A stretch of 64,000 bases of DNA from a virus: the IMG/VR virus record IMGVR_UViG_3300018080_000139, positions 1-64,000 of that record; one strand, given 5' to 3'. The translations under genes were made by a program, and so were the position numbers. This document shows, in pieces, positions 14,003-22,900 of this stretch (position 1 is its first letter; every line of letters begins with the position of its first letter). The notes beneath the pieces were generated by a model. It saw nothing but the letters and a program-made list of their open reading frames with translations, was not told the DNA's origin and did no database searches.

Positions 14003-16726
14003 ATGAAAACGAAAACCGAGGGCGGAAGGCTCTTGATCGAGAGTGGACGCCCGCCGGAGGCGAAGGCTTCCGCGAAGGAAATGGCAAAGATGCTTGTGGA
14101 ATACCACGAGCGCGGGGGATCGGCGAAAAACGCCGTGAACTTGATGGAGGGAAAAAGCCTCGACATCGAGACGATACGCGACTTTGCGGACGTCGTCCAG
14201 ATTGAGGCGAGGCGCGCCGGCGCGGCCGGCGAAAAGTGCTTTATCGACCCCCTCTCGGGAGATATTTTGCTGGAGTCCAAAGAGGCCCCCGCGCGGGAGG
14301 CGGTCCAGCGGCTTTCGGATGCCTTGGGGGTGGCTTGTCGCGTTACGGTCGGCAAGCGGACTCGAATGCGTCTGGCCTACCCGGGGGGCATCGGGCTGGA
14401 AAAGAGCCGTAAGAACGACGATGGCACGCGCGACATGGTGGAGTCGATCGTGGATGCGAGCCCCGTCGAGAGCTTCGCGACTTCCGACGACGTCGACAGG
14501 CTGGTAGAGGCGGCCGCGACGATGACACCCAAGCAAATCGCCGAGAGGTTTGCAATCCCTTATGCTCTGGCGAAGCAAGTCTGTCAGAAGGCAGGCGGCC
14601 CCGCGCGCCCGGCCGTGCCTTGCCCGCTGTGCGCTTCGGACCTCAAGACCGAATCGAAAAGCTCCTGGCGATGCCCGGCTTGCGATTTCAAAGGCAAAGT
14701 GAGCGGGTTCATCCAGGAGGCAGCCTCGAAGGCCCCGCGCTGCAGCGTTTGTGGAAGCTTCACCGAGAGCCGGGGGGCCCGGTGCCAGTGCGGATTCGAC
14801 AACCGCGCCGCGAAGTCGCTCACCGAATCGGCCGCGCGGCCGACGAGCGAGCCGGCCGAAAAGCCGACTATCGTGGAATCCGGATGCCCCTCCTGCAAGG
14901 GCACGGCGGCCAAAATCGCCGATTCGTGGACCTGCCTCGAATGCCGCGCGAACCTGACCGAAAACCAAGTCATGTCCCTTTTCAGCCGAAAAGAAGAGCA
15001 GGAATACACCGTGGAGCCGTCGGCCGACAGGTACGGCCTCCCCGAGGGTTATTCCGTCGAATCCGAGGACCCGGCCGCGTACCCCATGGGCGGTGGTGAT
15101 TACGACATGGAGATAGCCGAGCAGGACGACGAAGAGGAGTACGAAGACGAATTCACCAGCGGTTCGATGGAAGAGCAGGACGACGAAGCCGGCCTTCCTC
15201 CGGAGGACGCCGACGAGTACGGATATGCAGAATCCGTGGATCCGGACATGGACACGGAAGCCAGAGACGAAGAGGATTACGACGAGACGACGACCGCGGA
15301 CGCAATTGGCACCTACCCCGCGCCGTTCACCGACGACAATTTGCCTCCCTACGGCGTGGTGATCGCCCCGGACGACTCGGCGAGCGCTCTCGAGTACCTT
15401 CGGGATTCGGGCATGTACGCTCCCGGGCAATCTCTCTTCGAGAGCGACGGCGAGGGCTGGGGGCTGATGGAGGGCGAGCCCTCCGGAGAGACCCCCCTGA
15501 TGGTCGCGGCCGAATCCGAGGAGGACGCCGGCCGGATCCGCGATGCCCTGACGGCTCAGGGGATCGAGTCCGAGGTGGAGGAGTTCCAGAAAGAAGAGAA
15601 GATGAGTTATCATCCGGACCGCCGCGGCGAGGGGATGGGCGGGGGCCACTACGACCAGGGCTCCACGTTCGATTACGCGCGCGGATCTGCCGGAGCCGGC
15701 CCGTCGAACGCTCCCTGGAATTACTCCTTCTATGGCGAGAGCAAAGAGGCGAGCGAGGACCCCGACCTGCAAGAGCGCGCGCGCATTTCCGCGCACGAGT
15801 CTTTCCTCACCGAAGCCCAGGAGATTTTCCGTGACGAAATGCTCCCGCAAATGGGCCTGACGCGCGCGCAACGAGACAAGGCCCTCCACCTTTTCAGTAA
15901 GGGCACGACCCCGGCCGAAGTCGCGAGCAAGACCGGGATCCCGCTGCATCTGCTCGAGCAGGGCCCCTCCGGTATGCCTTCGAGCGTCGGTGACGATTTC
16001 GAGGAGCAGGACGAGGCCGAATATATCCCTCAGCTCGGAGGAGATTGGGAGAGCGAAGGAACGGGCATAAGCTATCACCTTCGGGACCCCAAGAGTTATC
16101 GGCCCCCGCTTAAGTTCAAGACGCTCACCAAGCCGGGGGCGCCCCCGGTAAAACTCGTGCGCGCGAAGGTGGCCGGATCCGAAGTCCCCGTGAAGCTCGT
16201 GTTCATGAAAGACGATTGGACGCTCGAAGACGCGAAAGCGTGGGTCAAGAAGCACCGCGGCAAATTCCGTGAGAGCGAGGAAGAGGACTACGAAGAGCAA
16301 GACGAGTACGAAGAGCAAGACGAGTACGAAGAGCAAGACGAGTACGAAGAGCAAGACGAGTACGAAGAGCAAGACGACTCTTCGGCCGAGATGGAGGAGC
16401 AAGTAGGCCCCGATGACTTCGATTTGATCGAGGACGGGGAGGACGACTTGCGAATGATGCTCGGCGGCGATTCGGTCTTGCTTTCCGAGAAGTGGGAAGA
16501 GACCGAAAACGAGATACGCCACCGAATTCGGGACCCCAAGGGTTACGAATCTTTTTCCTACAAGTGGATCAAGCCCTCGAAGCCGATCGCTCTGCTCATC
16601 GGGCGAAAAGGCCCGGACGAGTCCGAGGTTCAGGCCCTTCGTTTTCCGAGAAAGCACTGGGATCTCTCTTCAGCCAAAGAATGGGTCTCCGCGCATGGGG
16701 ACGAACTCAAGGAGGCCCGTGGATGA
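14003..16726 (+). CDS. mosaic acidic protein with three Zn ribbons, YEEQDE repeats and a duplicated C-terminal domain; probably head-internal
   Basis: GAGGAG RBS; CPLC/CPAC, CSVC/CQC, CPSC/CLEC; two copies of the ...RDPK.Y...W.L..AK.WV..H domain. Confidence 0.75.
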   Translation: MKTKTEGGRLLIESGRPPEAKASAKEMAKMLVEYHERGGSAKNAVNLMEGKSLDIETIRDFADVVQIEARRAGAAGEKCFIDPLSGDILLESKEAPAREAVQRLSDALGVACRVTVGKRTRMRLAYPGGIGLEKSRKNDDGTRDMVESIVDASPVESFATSDDVDRLVEAAATMTPKQIAERFAIPYALAKQVCQKAGGPARPAVPCPLCASDLKTESKSSWRCPACDFKGKVSGFIQEAASKAPRCSVCGSFTESRGARCQCGFDNRAAKSLTESAARPTSEPAEKPTIVESGCPSCKGTAAKIADSWTCLECRANLTENQVMSLFSRKEEQEYTVEPSADRYGLPEGYSVESEDPAAYPMGGGDYDMEIAEQDDEEEYEDEFTSGSMEEQDDEAGLPPEDADEYGYAESVDPDMDTEARDEEDYDETTTADAIGTYPAPFTDDNLPPYGVVIAPDDSASALEYLRDSGMYAPGQSLFESDGEGWGLMEGEPSGETPLMVAAESEEDAGRIRDALTAQGIESEVEEFQKEEKMSYHPDRRGEGMGGGHYDQGSTFDYARGSAGAGPSNAPWNYSFYGESKEASEDPDLQERARISAHESFLTEAQEIFRDEMLPQMGLTRAQRDKALHLFSKGTTPAEVASKTGIPLHLLEQGPSGMPSSVGDDFEEQDEAEYIPQLGGDWESEGTGISYHLRDPKSYRPPLKFKTLTKPGAPPVKLVRAKVAGSEVPVKLVFMKDDWTLEDAKAWVKKHRGKFRESEEEDYEEQDEYEEQDEYEEQDEYEEQDEYEEQDDSSAEMEEQVGPDDFDLIEDGEDDLRMMLGGDSVLLSEKWEETENEIRHRIRDPKGYESFSYKWIKPSKPIALLIGRKGPDESEVQALRFPRKHWDLSSAKEWVSAHGDELKEARG
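16289..16377 (+). repeat. 5 x 18-bp tandem repeat (YEEQDE)
   Basis: TACGAAGAGCAAGACGAG x5. Confidence 0.9.
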
Positions 16727-16736
16727 CCTTCCAAAT

Positions 16737-16943
16737 GCCTTTCGATCGAGTTGGAAGACCAGCCGGTGAGCGGATTTCGCACCTGTCCGCTCCCGGTTTA
16801 TTCCCTCTCGATCGAGGGGCTTTTCCTATGCCGCCCCCCTTCCGCGGGGGGCGTGGGTTGAAACATAGTTGTGGTTGGCTTTCTTCGACCAATCCCGGCC
16901 CACGCTACAGGTCCATTACTTCCTGTGGCCGTGGGCTTTTTTT
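16737..16943 (+). ncRNA. cluster of intergenic hairpins ending in a terminator-like hairpin and U-tract
   Basis: long rod 16737-16820 (GCCTTTCGATCGAG/CTCGATCGAGGGGC); CGCCCCCC/GGGGGGCG; GGCCCACG..CAGG/CCTG..CGTGGGCT followed by T7 (16897-16943). Confidence 0.5.
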
Positions 16944-16945
16944 GT

Positions 16946-17003
16946 GCCGGCGTAACTTAGGGGACGCTGACAGTAGCGGGTTCAACTCCCGCCGCCGGCT
17001 CCA
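16946..17003 (+). ncRNA. 58-nt tRNA-like RNA with encoded CCA and no anticodon arm (element 2)
   Basis: GCCGGCG/CGCCGGC acceptor stem plus T-CCA; T-arm GCGGG-TTCAACT-CCCGC; only 23 nt between the acceptor 5' strand and the T-arm. Confidence 0.7.
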
Positions 17004-17192
17004 TTCGCTTCGCGCTGATGAGGACAACACATTCAACTTTTTTAACCCGTCTGCGTTCTTTTCTAGGGATTCTGGCGGTTCCGAAAACATCGAGGCGCGT
17101 GGCGAAATCTCGAATCTGTCTGTTTTCCAGGCAGACTTCCTTGGGGGCCGGCCGGATCCCGGCCGTGCCCTCTCTCTTTTCAGGAGGAAAGC

Positions 17193-17609
17193 ATGAGCTG
17201 GGAAAGCGGCGAACCAGACCTGTTCGAGCCAAGCTTGACGGGAGACTTTGCCGATAGCCAGGCCGTGGCGGACATAAAGCAGGCCGACGCTATGGCTCTC
17301 TACGTCGACTACACGAAGGGGGACGAGGACGGAATAGAGCTGAGGTTATCGTTTCGGCCGGAGGGGGCCCCGGCCGATGACTACTACCAGGATTCGCGGC
17401 TAAACATGGGTGATGGGGTGGTGACATCAATCACGTATCTCTTGAGCGAGACCGCTAAAATTCGCATACCCGACCCCGTACTCATTCAGGAAGATAAGCT
17501 TCTTGTCGAAGTCAGGGGGCTTCCGGCCGGCCCGGCGCTCACCTACTCTGGGACGGTAACACTTCGACATCGGACCAACAACCAGTATTGGCGAGGGTGT
17601 CAGTCATGA
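17193..17609 (+). CDS. putative virion structural protein (beta-rich)
   Basis: AGGAGG RBS; first gene of the structural cluster. Confidence 0.65.
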   Translation: MSWESGEPDLFEPSLTGDFADSQAVADIKQADAMALYVDYTKGDEDGIELRLSFRPEGAPADDYYQDSRLNMGDGVVTSITYLLSETAKIRIPDPVLIQEDKLLVEVRGLPAGPALTYSGTVTLRHRTNNQYWRGCQS

Positions 17610-18118
17610 CGTTGAGGACAGAGAGGTTCCAGGCAAAACGCCTTGGCGGCGGCGGTGGTGTAGGCACATTAAACGGGGTGGGCCTCCCCGCGGACCTGGT
17701 TTCCGCGGACGGGTCGGTCGACATCGTTCCAGGCGCCGGAGAAATAGACATCTCTGTTAGCTCCTCTTTCGATCCTGGCGGGGACCTTATAGCCCCTCCG
17801 GCCGGGATGGCCGCCTTTTCGGTTGTCGCCCTAAATCCAGCCGTCCCCGGCGGGATGGTACTCGCGGACTCTCTCACGCAGAAAGCGGCGTTTGGGATTG
17901 TCGAGGCAGTGGTCGGGCCGTCCGCGTCTGGGAAGGTGACGACCCTTGGAGTCGTGGAAAATCCCGCGTGGTCGTGGACTTTGGGGCTCCCGCTCTTTTT
18001 GGAGGCCTCTGGTGCTATAACGCAAACGCCGCCCGCGTCTGGTATTTTGCAACCCCTCGGAGACGTCCTTACAGCCACCAGGATTTATTTTCGGCCACGC
18101 TTGCCGATTTTGAGATAG
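17606..18118 (+). CDS. capsid decoration/fibre-type protein
   Basis: Gly/Ala-rich; W.WTLG.PLFL.ASGAITQTPP motif; paralogous to the next gene. Confidence 0.6.
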   Translation: MTLRTERFQAKRLGGGGGVGTLNGVGLPADLVSADGSVDIVPGAGEIDISVSSSFDPGGDLIAPPAGMAAFSVVALNPAVPGGMVLADSLTQKAAFGIVEAVVGPSASGKVTTLGVVENPAWSWTLGLPLFLEASGAITQTPPASGILQPLGDVLTATRIYFRPRLPILR

Positions 18119-18128
18119 GAGAAAATTC

Positions 18129-18569
18129 ATGCCCTTTCGAAAGCCTTTGGTGTTAGGAGCGAGCGGTTATGTCGAGGAGCTGCAAGCTGGGGATTACATA
18201 AGCGATCCGACTCCGGACATCGTAACTATGACCGGCGGCGGAGCCGTGGCGGTTCGCGACGCGGTCTACGTCGATGGGTCCGGAAAGGTCCAAAAAGCTA
18301 ACGCGGCCGCAATCGGGACGATGCCTGCCATCGGGTTTGCTCTCGAGGTTCTCGCGCTCGACTCCTCCGGGAAAGTCCAGATCGACGGCATTGTGTCCGG
18401 CTTCACCGGGCTCACGCCAGGGGCCCCGGTATTCGTGGACGCCACTACTCCCGGGGCCGTCACCCAAACTCCTCCGACCGGAGTGGGAAAAGTCGTGCAG
18501 ATTATCGGTCACGCATTTAGCGCGACGGAGGTTGAGATCGAACGCCAGCAGCCAATAAAACGGGGGTAG
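18129..18569 (+). CDS. capsid decoration/cement (DUF2190-like) protein
   Basis: AVYVDGSGKVQKANA...GLTPGAPVFV...PGAVTQTPP...VQIIGHA. Confidence 0.6.
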   Translation: MPFRKPLVLGASGYVEELQAGDYISDPTPDIVTMTGGGAVAVRDAVYVDGSGKVQKANAAAIGTMPAIGFALEVLALDSSGKVQIDGIVSGFTGLTPGAPVFVDATTPGAVTQTPPTGVGKVVQIIGHAFSATEVEIERQQPIKRG

Positions 18570-18631
18570 AGGGATATGGCGGACAGAGTTCCGTTGGTGT
18601 TAGGAGCGAGCGGCTATGTCGAGGAGCTGCA
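18147..18631 (+). repeat. 38-bp near-identical repeat (18147-18184 and 18594-18631)
   Basis: TTGGTGTTAGGAGCGAGCGG(T/C)TATGTCGAGGAGCTGCA. Confidence 0.9.
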
Positions 18632-19082
18632 GCCGGGAGACGTTGCAAATTCTAGGCGCCCGCATTATTGGGCCGAGAGCGGGGTCTTCGCAGCCACAAC
18701 AAGCACCACCTTCCTTCAGTACCTTCGTCTTACTACCCCCTCTATCCCGGCGGGAGTCTACTGTGTTTCTTGGTCCGCTCTGTGGAGTGTTGGCGGAAAT
18801 TTTTCTCGCGGAGCGCTTCGCGTGCAGGTCGATGATACGCAAGAGATCGTCAACCCCTCGGCGACAGACGGCTTTTCCGGGGAAGCACATCTATACCCGG
18901 GATTTGTGGCGCCGACGGGTGGCGTTGACCATGAGGTGTGGTTGCGTGCTCCGGCGTCGGGATTTCGGAATGTCACGTTGGCTGCTGGGATTCACACAGT
19001 CGACCTTGATTACCGTGGCGATTCTGGGGGCTCGATGGGATTGCATCATGGGGCTTTGGCGGTTACTCGTATTGGAGCTTAG
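18576..19082 (+). CDS. fibre/adhesin-like virion protein sharing its N-terminus with the previous gene
   Basis: PLVLGASGYVEELQ.GD N-terminus; beta-sandwich-like C-terminus. Confidence 0.6.
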   Translation: MADRVPLVLGASGYVEELQPGDVANSRRPHYWAESGVFAATTSTTFLQYLRLTTPSIPAGVYCVSWSALWSVGGNFSRGALRVQVDDTQEIVNPSATDGFSGEAHLYPGFVAPTGGVDHEVWLRAPASGFRNVTLAAGIHTVDLDYRGDSGGSMGLHHGALAVTRIGA

Positions 19083-19084
19083 TA

Positions 19085-19948
19085 ATGGCGACCTCTTTTG
19101 TTTTCAGTGTGGGGGACACGGCAAACGATAAAGTTAGCCTGCCTCGCCTTTCCTCGGAGATTCGAGCATCGGCCATCGGGGCTGCCTTAGATCGCATCGA
19201 CCAGGTGGGATCGACTTTCACGGTGATCTTCAAGGCCGACCTGTCTGCTGGCGACGAGACGATACTCGATGCGCTCGTGGCGGCACACACGGGGGGGCCG
19301 CTTTCGGCGCCCGCTGAGGTTGTGGTGGAGGAGCGTATAGGCGGTTATGGCACGGTTGTCACTGGTCTCGGGATTTCCGGAGGCCCGTCCGCGACGCATA
19401 AGGCGGAATTGACGATGCTGTGTGCGGCTCACCTGCAGGGGGCCTTCCTGCTTTTCGACGGCTTCGACCTCGACGACCGCGGGCACCTGGCCCTCATCAA
19501 CCCGGCTGGCGACTCATCGCTGCAGGCCGCGGCCGATGAGGGGGCAACGGAAATTTCGGTGGAAGCCGCAAAGGCTCCCTACTATGCGCCGGCGAATGGA
19601 GCGGCCCAGGTGGAATTCTGGGACGACGACGCGCTCGTGGAACAACAACCCCTCGCCTCTGTCAGCGGGTCGACGGTCACACTCGGCGCCCCCCTCTCTC
19701 AGGCCCTCGCGTCCGGGATTGTGACGCGCGTCCGCATTGGCGGATATACCCCAGTGTCGGGAGATGACGGCCTGGCCGGTGGGGTGCGCCTGCTTGGCGC
19801 CGGCCAGCTCGTAATCAAGAACGAATTCGGGGTCTCGGAGGAGATCCCACAGGGAATGGTGGTGGCCGGTAGAATCAAGACGTCTTCGGCCGAAGGCACG
19901 AGGAAACTCGCGCTCGATTATATTTTCCGAACCAATTGTGGGCATTAA
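19085..19948 (+). CDS. putative virion structural protein
   Basis: 287-aa ORF in operon; FKADLSAGDETILDALVAAHTG N-terminal module. Confidence 0.65.
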   Translation: MATSFVFSVGDTANDKVSLPRLSSEIRASAIGAALDRIDQVGSTFTVIFKADLSAGDETILDALVAAHTGGPLSAPAEVVVEERIGGYGTVVTGLGISGGPSATHKAELTMLCAAHLQGAFLLFDGFDLDDRGHLALINPAGDSSLQAAADEGATEISVEAAKAPYYAPANGAAQVEFWDDDALVEQQPLASVSGSTVTLGAPLSQALASGIVTRVRIGGYTPVSGDDGLAGGVRLLGAGQLVIKNEFGVSEEIPQGMVVAGRIKTSSAEGTRKLALDYIFRTNCGH

Positions 19949-19961
19949 AAGGGTGTAGCTG

Positions 19962-22900
19962 ATGGAAGATATACACGGACTGTTGCGGGAATTCTACGAA
20001 AGCGAACTGCTCCTCGAGAGCAAGCAGCACCCGATTGTGAGAGACGTACAGCTCAAAGAGATTTCGTGGTTTGACCTGGCGTTTACCGTTTTTACGACGT
20101 TCGCACCCACGCGCGACATGGCGCGCAAGGACGCGCGCGAAATGGGCCTTTACGGGGCAAGCCTCGCGCGGGCCTGGAAGGCTGCGGCCAAACTCAAAGA
20201 CCCTGTTGTCAGGGAGATGACCCCCCCACCATCGGACGTCACGAAAGGTGGAGAGATCAACCAGGACCGGATGGAGGCGATCGTCAAGCGCCTCAAGGTC
20301 CCGATGAAAAAGATTTACCGGGGCAAGAAGGGCTTCGAAGAGCTTCTCCCCATCGTCAGCGCTTTGAAGCCGACCGCTGTCCAGATGTGGGCCAAACCGT
20401 TCAAACTCCTTCCGAAAAACGCCTGGCCGGAGACGGCCGATGCCGACATGACAACCGACCTCCTGAAGGACCTGGGATGGGCCGAGAAAATCAGGCTCCT
20501 CGCCACCGCGGCCTGGACGGTTCGGTCCCGCGAGATGAACGCCCTGCGCTTTGGCGGGATAGACCTCGAAACTTACAACAACGCGGCTCCGGCGCTCCAG
20601 AAAGCGGGCCTTCTCTCTAAGGCAGCCACGCCGACGATCACCAAGAGCGGCCGCGCGGCCGCCGACGCTCTGGTGGCTCAGCTCAAAGCCAGGACGTACT
20701 CGAACGCCGTCGAGCAGCTCGCCGGCGACGCCCCATCGATTTCGCCCACGGCTGCCCACGCATACGCCGACGAGAAGCCGAAAGCGGCCTCGATGCCGTG
20801 GGGAGAGCAGGTGGCAATCGTCTCCCTGTGGGAAATACAGGGACGCAACAAGCCGGACCGAGAACGTAAACAGGACGCCGAGGACTTCGCCGCGTCCGAA
20901 GTCCACATCACGGCCGATTCCTTCCACTCAGCCTGGGACTCTCTTGTAGCGAAAGGACTCATCGACGAAAAAGCAAATAGACTCACACCCGAGGGCGGAA
21001 AACGCCACAGCGGAATATTTTTGCATCTCGGGGCCGGCGCCACGAAACTCGCCATGATAAAACTCCTGAACCGCGCCCCGGCCGCCGAGATGAAGGCCTC
21101 CCGCGATTTGATGGTGCAGGGGGCTATAAACCATCTGGGCTGGACGGGCCAGGCCGTTGTCGTGGCGATCGACATGCTGGGAGGGGGGAGGTTCCAGCCG
21201 CACCAGATAGCCTCCCTGGCTTACGACCAGTGTGGAATCACACAGGCCGAATGGGATGAGGGATACTCGAAAGCGGCCACGGCCGGCGGCATTATCAAGT
21301 CCCCGACCGGGCTGACAGACTTCGGCCGCCTCGTTTCCTCAGCCGTCCAGGAAGACCTGGGGGCGAAGGGGTCTCGCGTGTGGGCCGCTCTCCGCCGCGC
21401 GAAGCCGGAGAGCTACAAACCAGTGGCCGGACCCGCGTCGGCGTCAAGCGCCCCGAAGCGATTCGATGAGCTTTCGTGGTCCGAAGTAGCGCTCCTCATC
21501 GGCTACTGGAACGTGGGAAACCATAAGACTTTCGACTCCGACGGCCAGATGAAGAACAAGCTCCTCCTGTACTCCGGTCTGGATCCGGGGGACTACATAT
21601 GGGCCCACGAGGCCCTCCGCCAAAAGGGACTGGTTTCGCTTCTCGGGGGGTCAAAGACGGTCGAGGGGGCCGAGATAGCCTCGCAAGTCTTCGCTTTTCT
21701 CAGCGAAAAATACGGGACCTCCGCGCTCAACAGCTTCATGGATCAGATGAACACTCTCGTTGTCGAGAAGCCGAAGGACGTGCGCGCGAAGCTTTCCACC
21801 ACAAACAAGATGAAGCCGAAAGTCAATAAGCCTCTCGCGGCCGCTCCCAAAGCCGGCCCGGCATCCGTGAAAGACGCCGGTCTCACCTGGCAGGAAAAAA
21901 ACACTCTGCTCGTTTTCTACCTCTACCGGGGGGAGGCTTCGACGAAGGAAAAACGCGACAAGGCCCAGAAGTACGCGAACGTGGGGACGGACGAGTACGA
22001 GCTGGCCTTGGCGAAGCTGCAGCGTTTGAAGTTCCTTTCCAAGCGATTCGCCATCACCAAGGCGGGGGCGGCCGTCGCCCAGTCAATCCTCAAGGAGAGG
22101 GGGTTCGAAGAGAAGGCCCACGCCACGACGGTCAACACGCAGAAGGTGTTTTCGGCCGTGGCCGAAGCCGGGGGATACGTCAGCCCCGCGAGAGAGCGGG
22201 AGATTCAAAACCAGGCGGCCGTGGACAAGACGCCGTCGAGGGCTGAAGACACGAAGGGGGCCGGCGGGGATCTCTTGGAAGTCGAAAAGCTCGTGATGAT
22301 GCTCGTCGCGTTCACGAACCCGGGAGAGCATGACTACATCAAGTCGATGCTCGCGAAGGATCTTGGGCGGCCGGCGGGCGAGTTCGACGCCGCCGTTTTG
22401 AAGCTGCGGAAGGAAGGCTACATCCAGCCCTACCGTGACGCCGAATTGAAGGAAAGCGGGGAATGGGAACCGACGACACGGGGGTTCGCCGCACGCGACA
22501 ATATCGAGGACCTCTTGCGCGCCGTGGATGACACGGACGTCGTTGAGATTCTCACGCGAAACCTCAAGACGAAAGCCCGGGCCGCCGACGTTCGCAAGGG
22601 AGTTCTCAAGATCAACTCGGCGGAAGACCTTCGGGATCCGGAGAAGGCTGCCATAATCGCAATCGAGATCGGGCGTAATTCGAGCTACCAGCATCACGCT
22701 TCTCGTATTTACAACGATATGACCTCGTGGAATTTCCGTGACGCTCTGCCTAATCTGGAGGCGGCCTTCCTTGTGGAGGAAGACGAGAATGGAAAGCTCG
22801 GCCTGACAGGGAAGGGCGGGAAGATCGCTGACGAGATAACACACAATCGGTCTCTTTGGGACGCTTTTCGGGAATACATTCGTTCGGGGGCAAAAGAACG

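Noticed and set aside
16289-16377. Short regular repeats as a possible CRISPR array
   Set aside because: Tandem, spacer-less, in-frame coding repeats; no cas genes in the window
13856-16657. 933-aa minus-strand ORF (and similar long antisense ORFs at 22083-23480, 23844-25496, 45257-47188)
   Set aside because: Shadow frames of GC-rich plus-strand genes; the apparent LLFVLV TM repeats are just the antisense of YEEQDE
433-17003. Calling the two tRNA-like elements ordinary tRNAs or tmRNA
   Set aside because: Neither has a 7-nt anticodon loop; no G3-U70 pair or tag reading frame as expected for tmRNA
17015-17090. CTGATGA...GAAA as a hammerhead ribozyme core (also CTGACGA at 13061)
   Set aside because: Stem II pairs only 3 bp and stems I/III could not be formed convincingly
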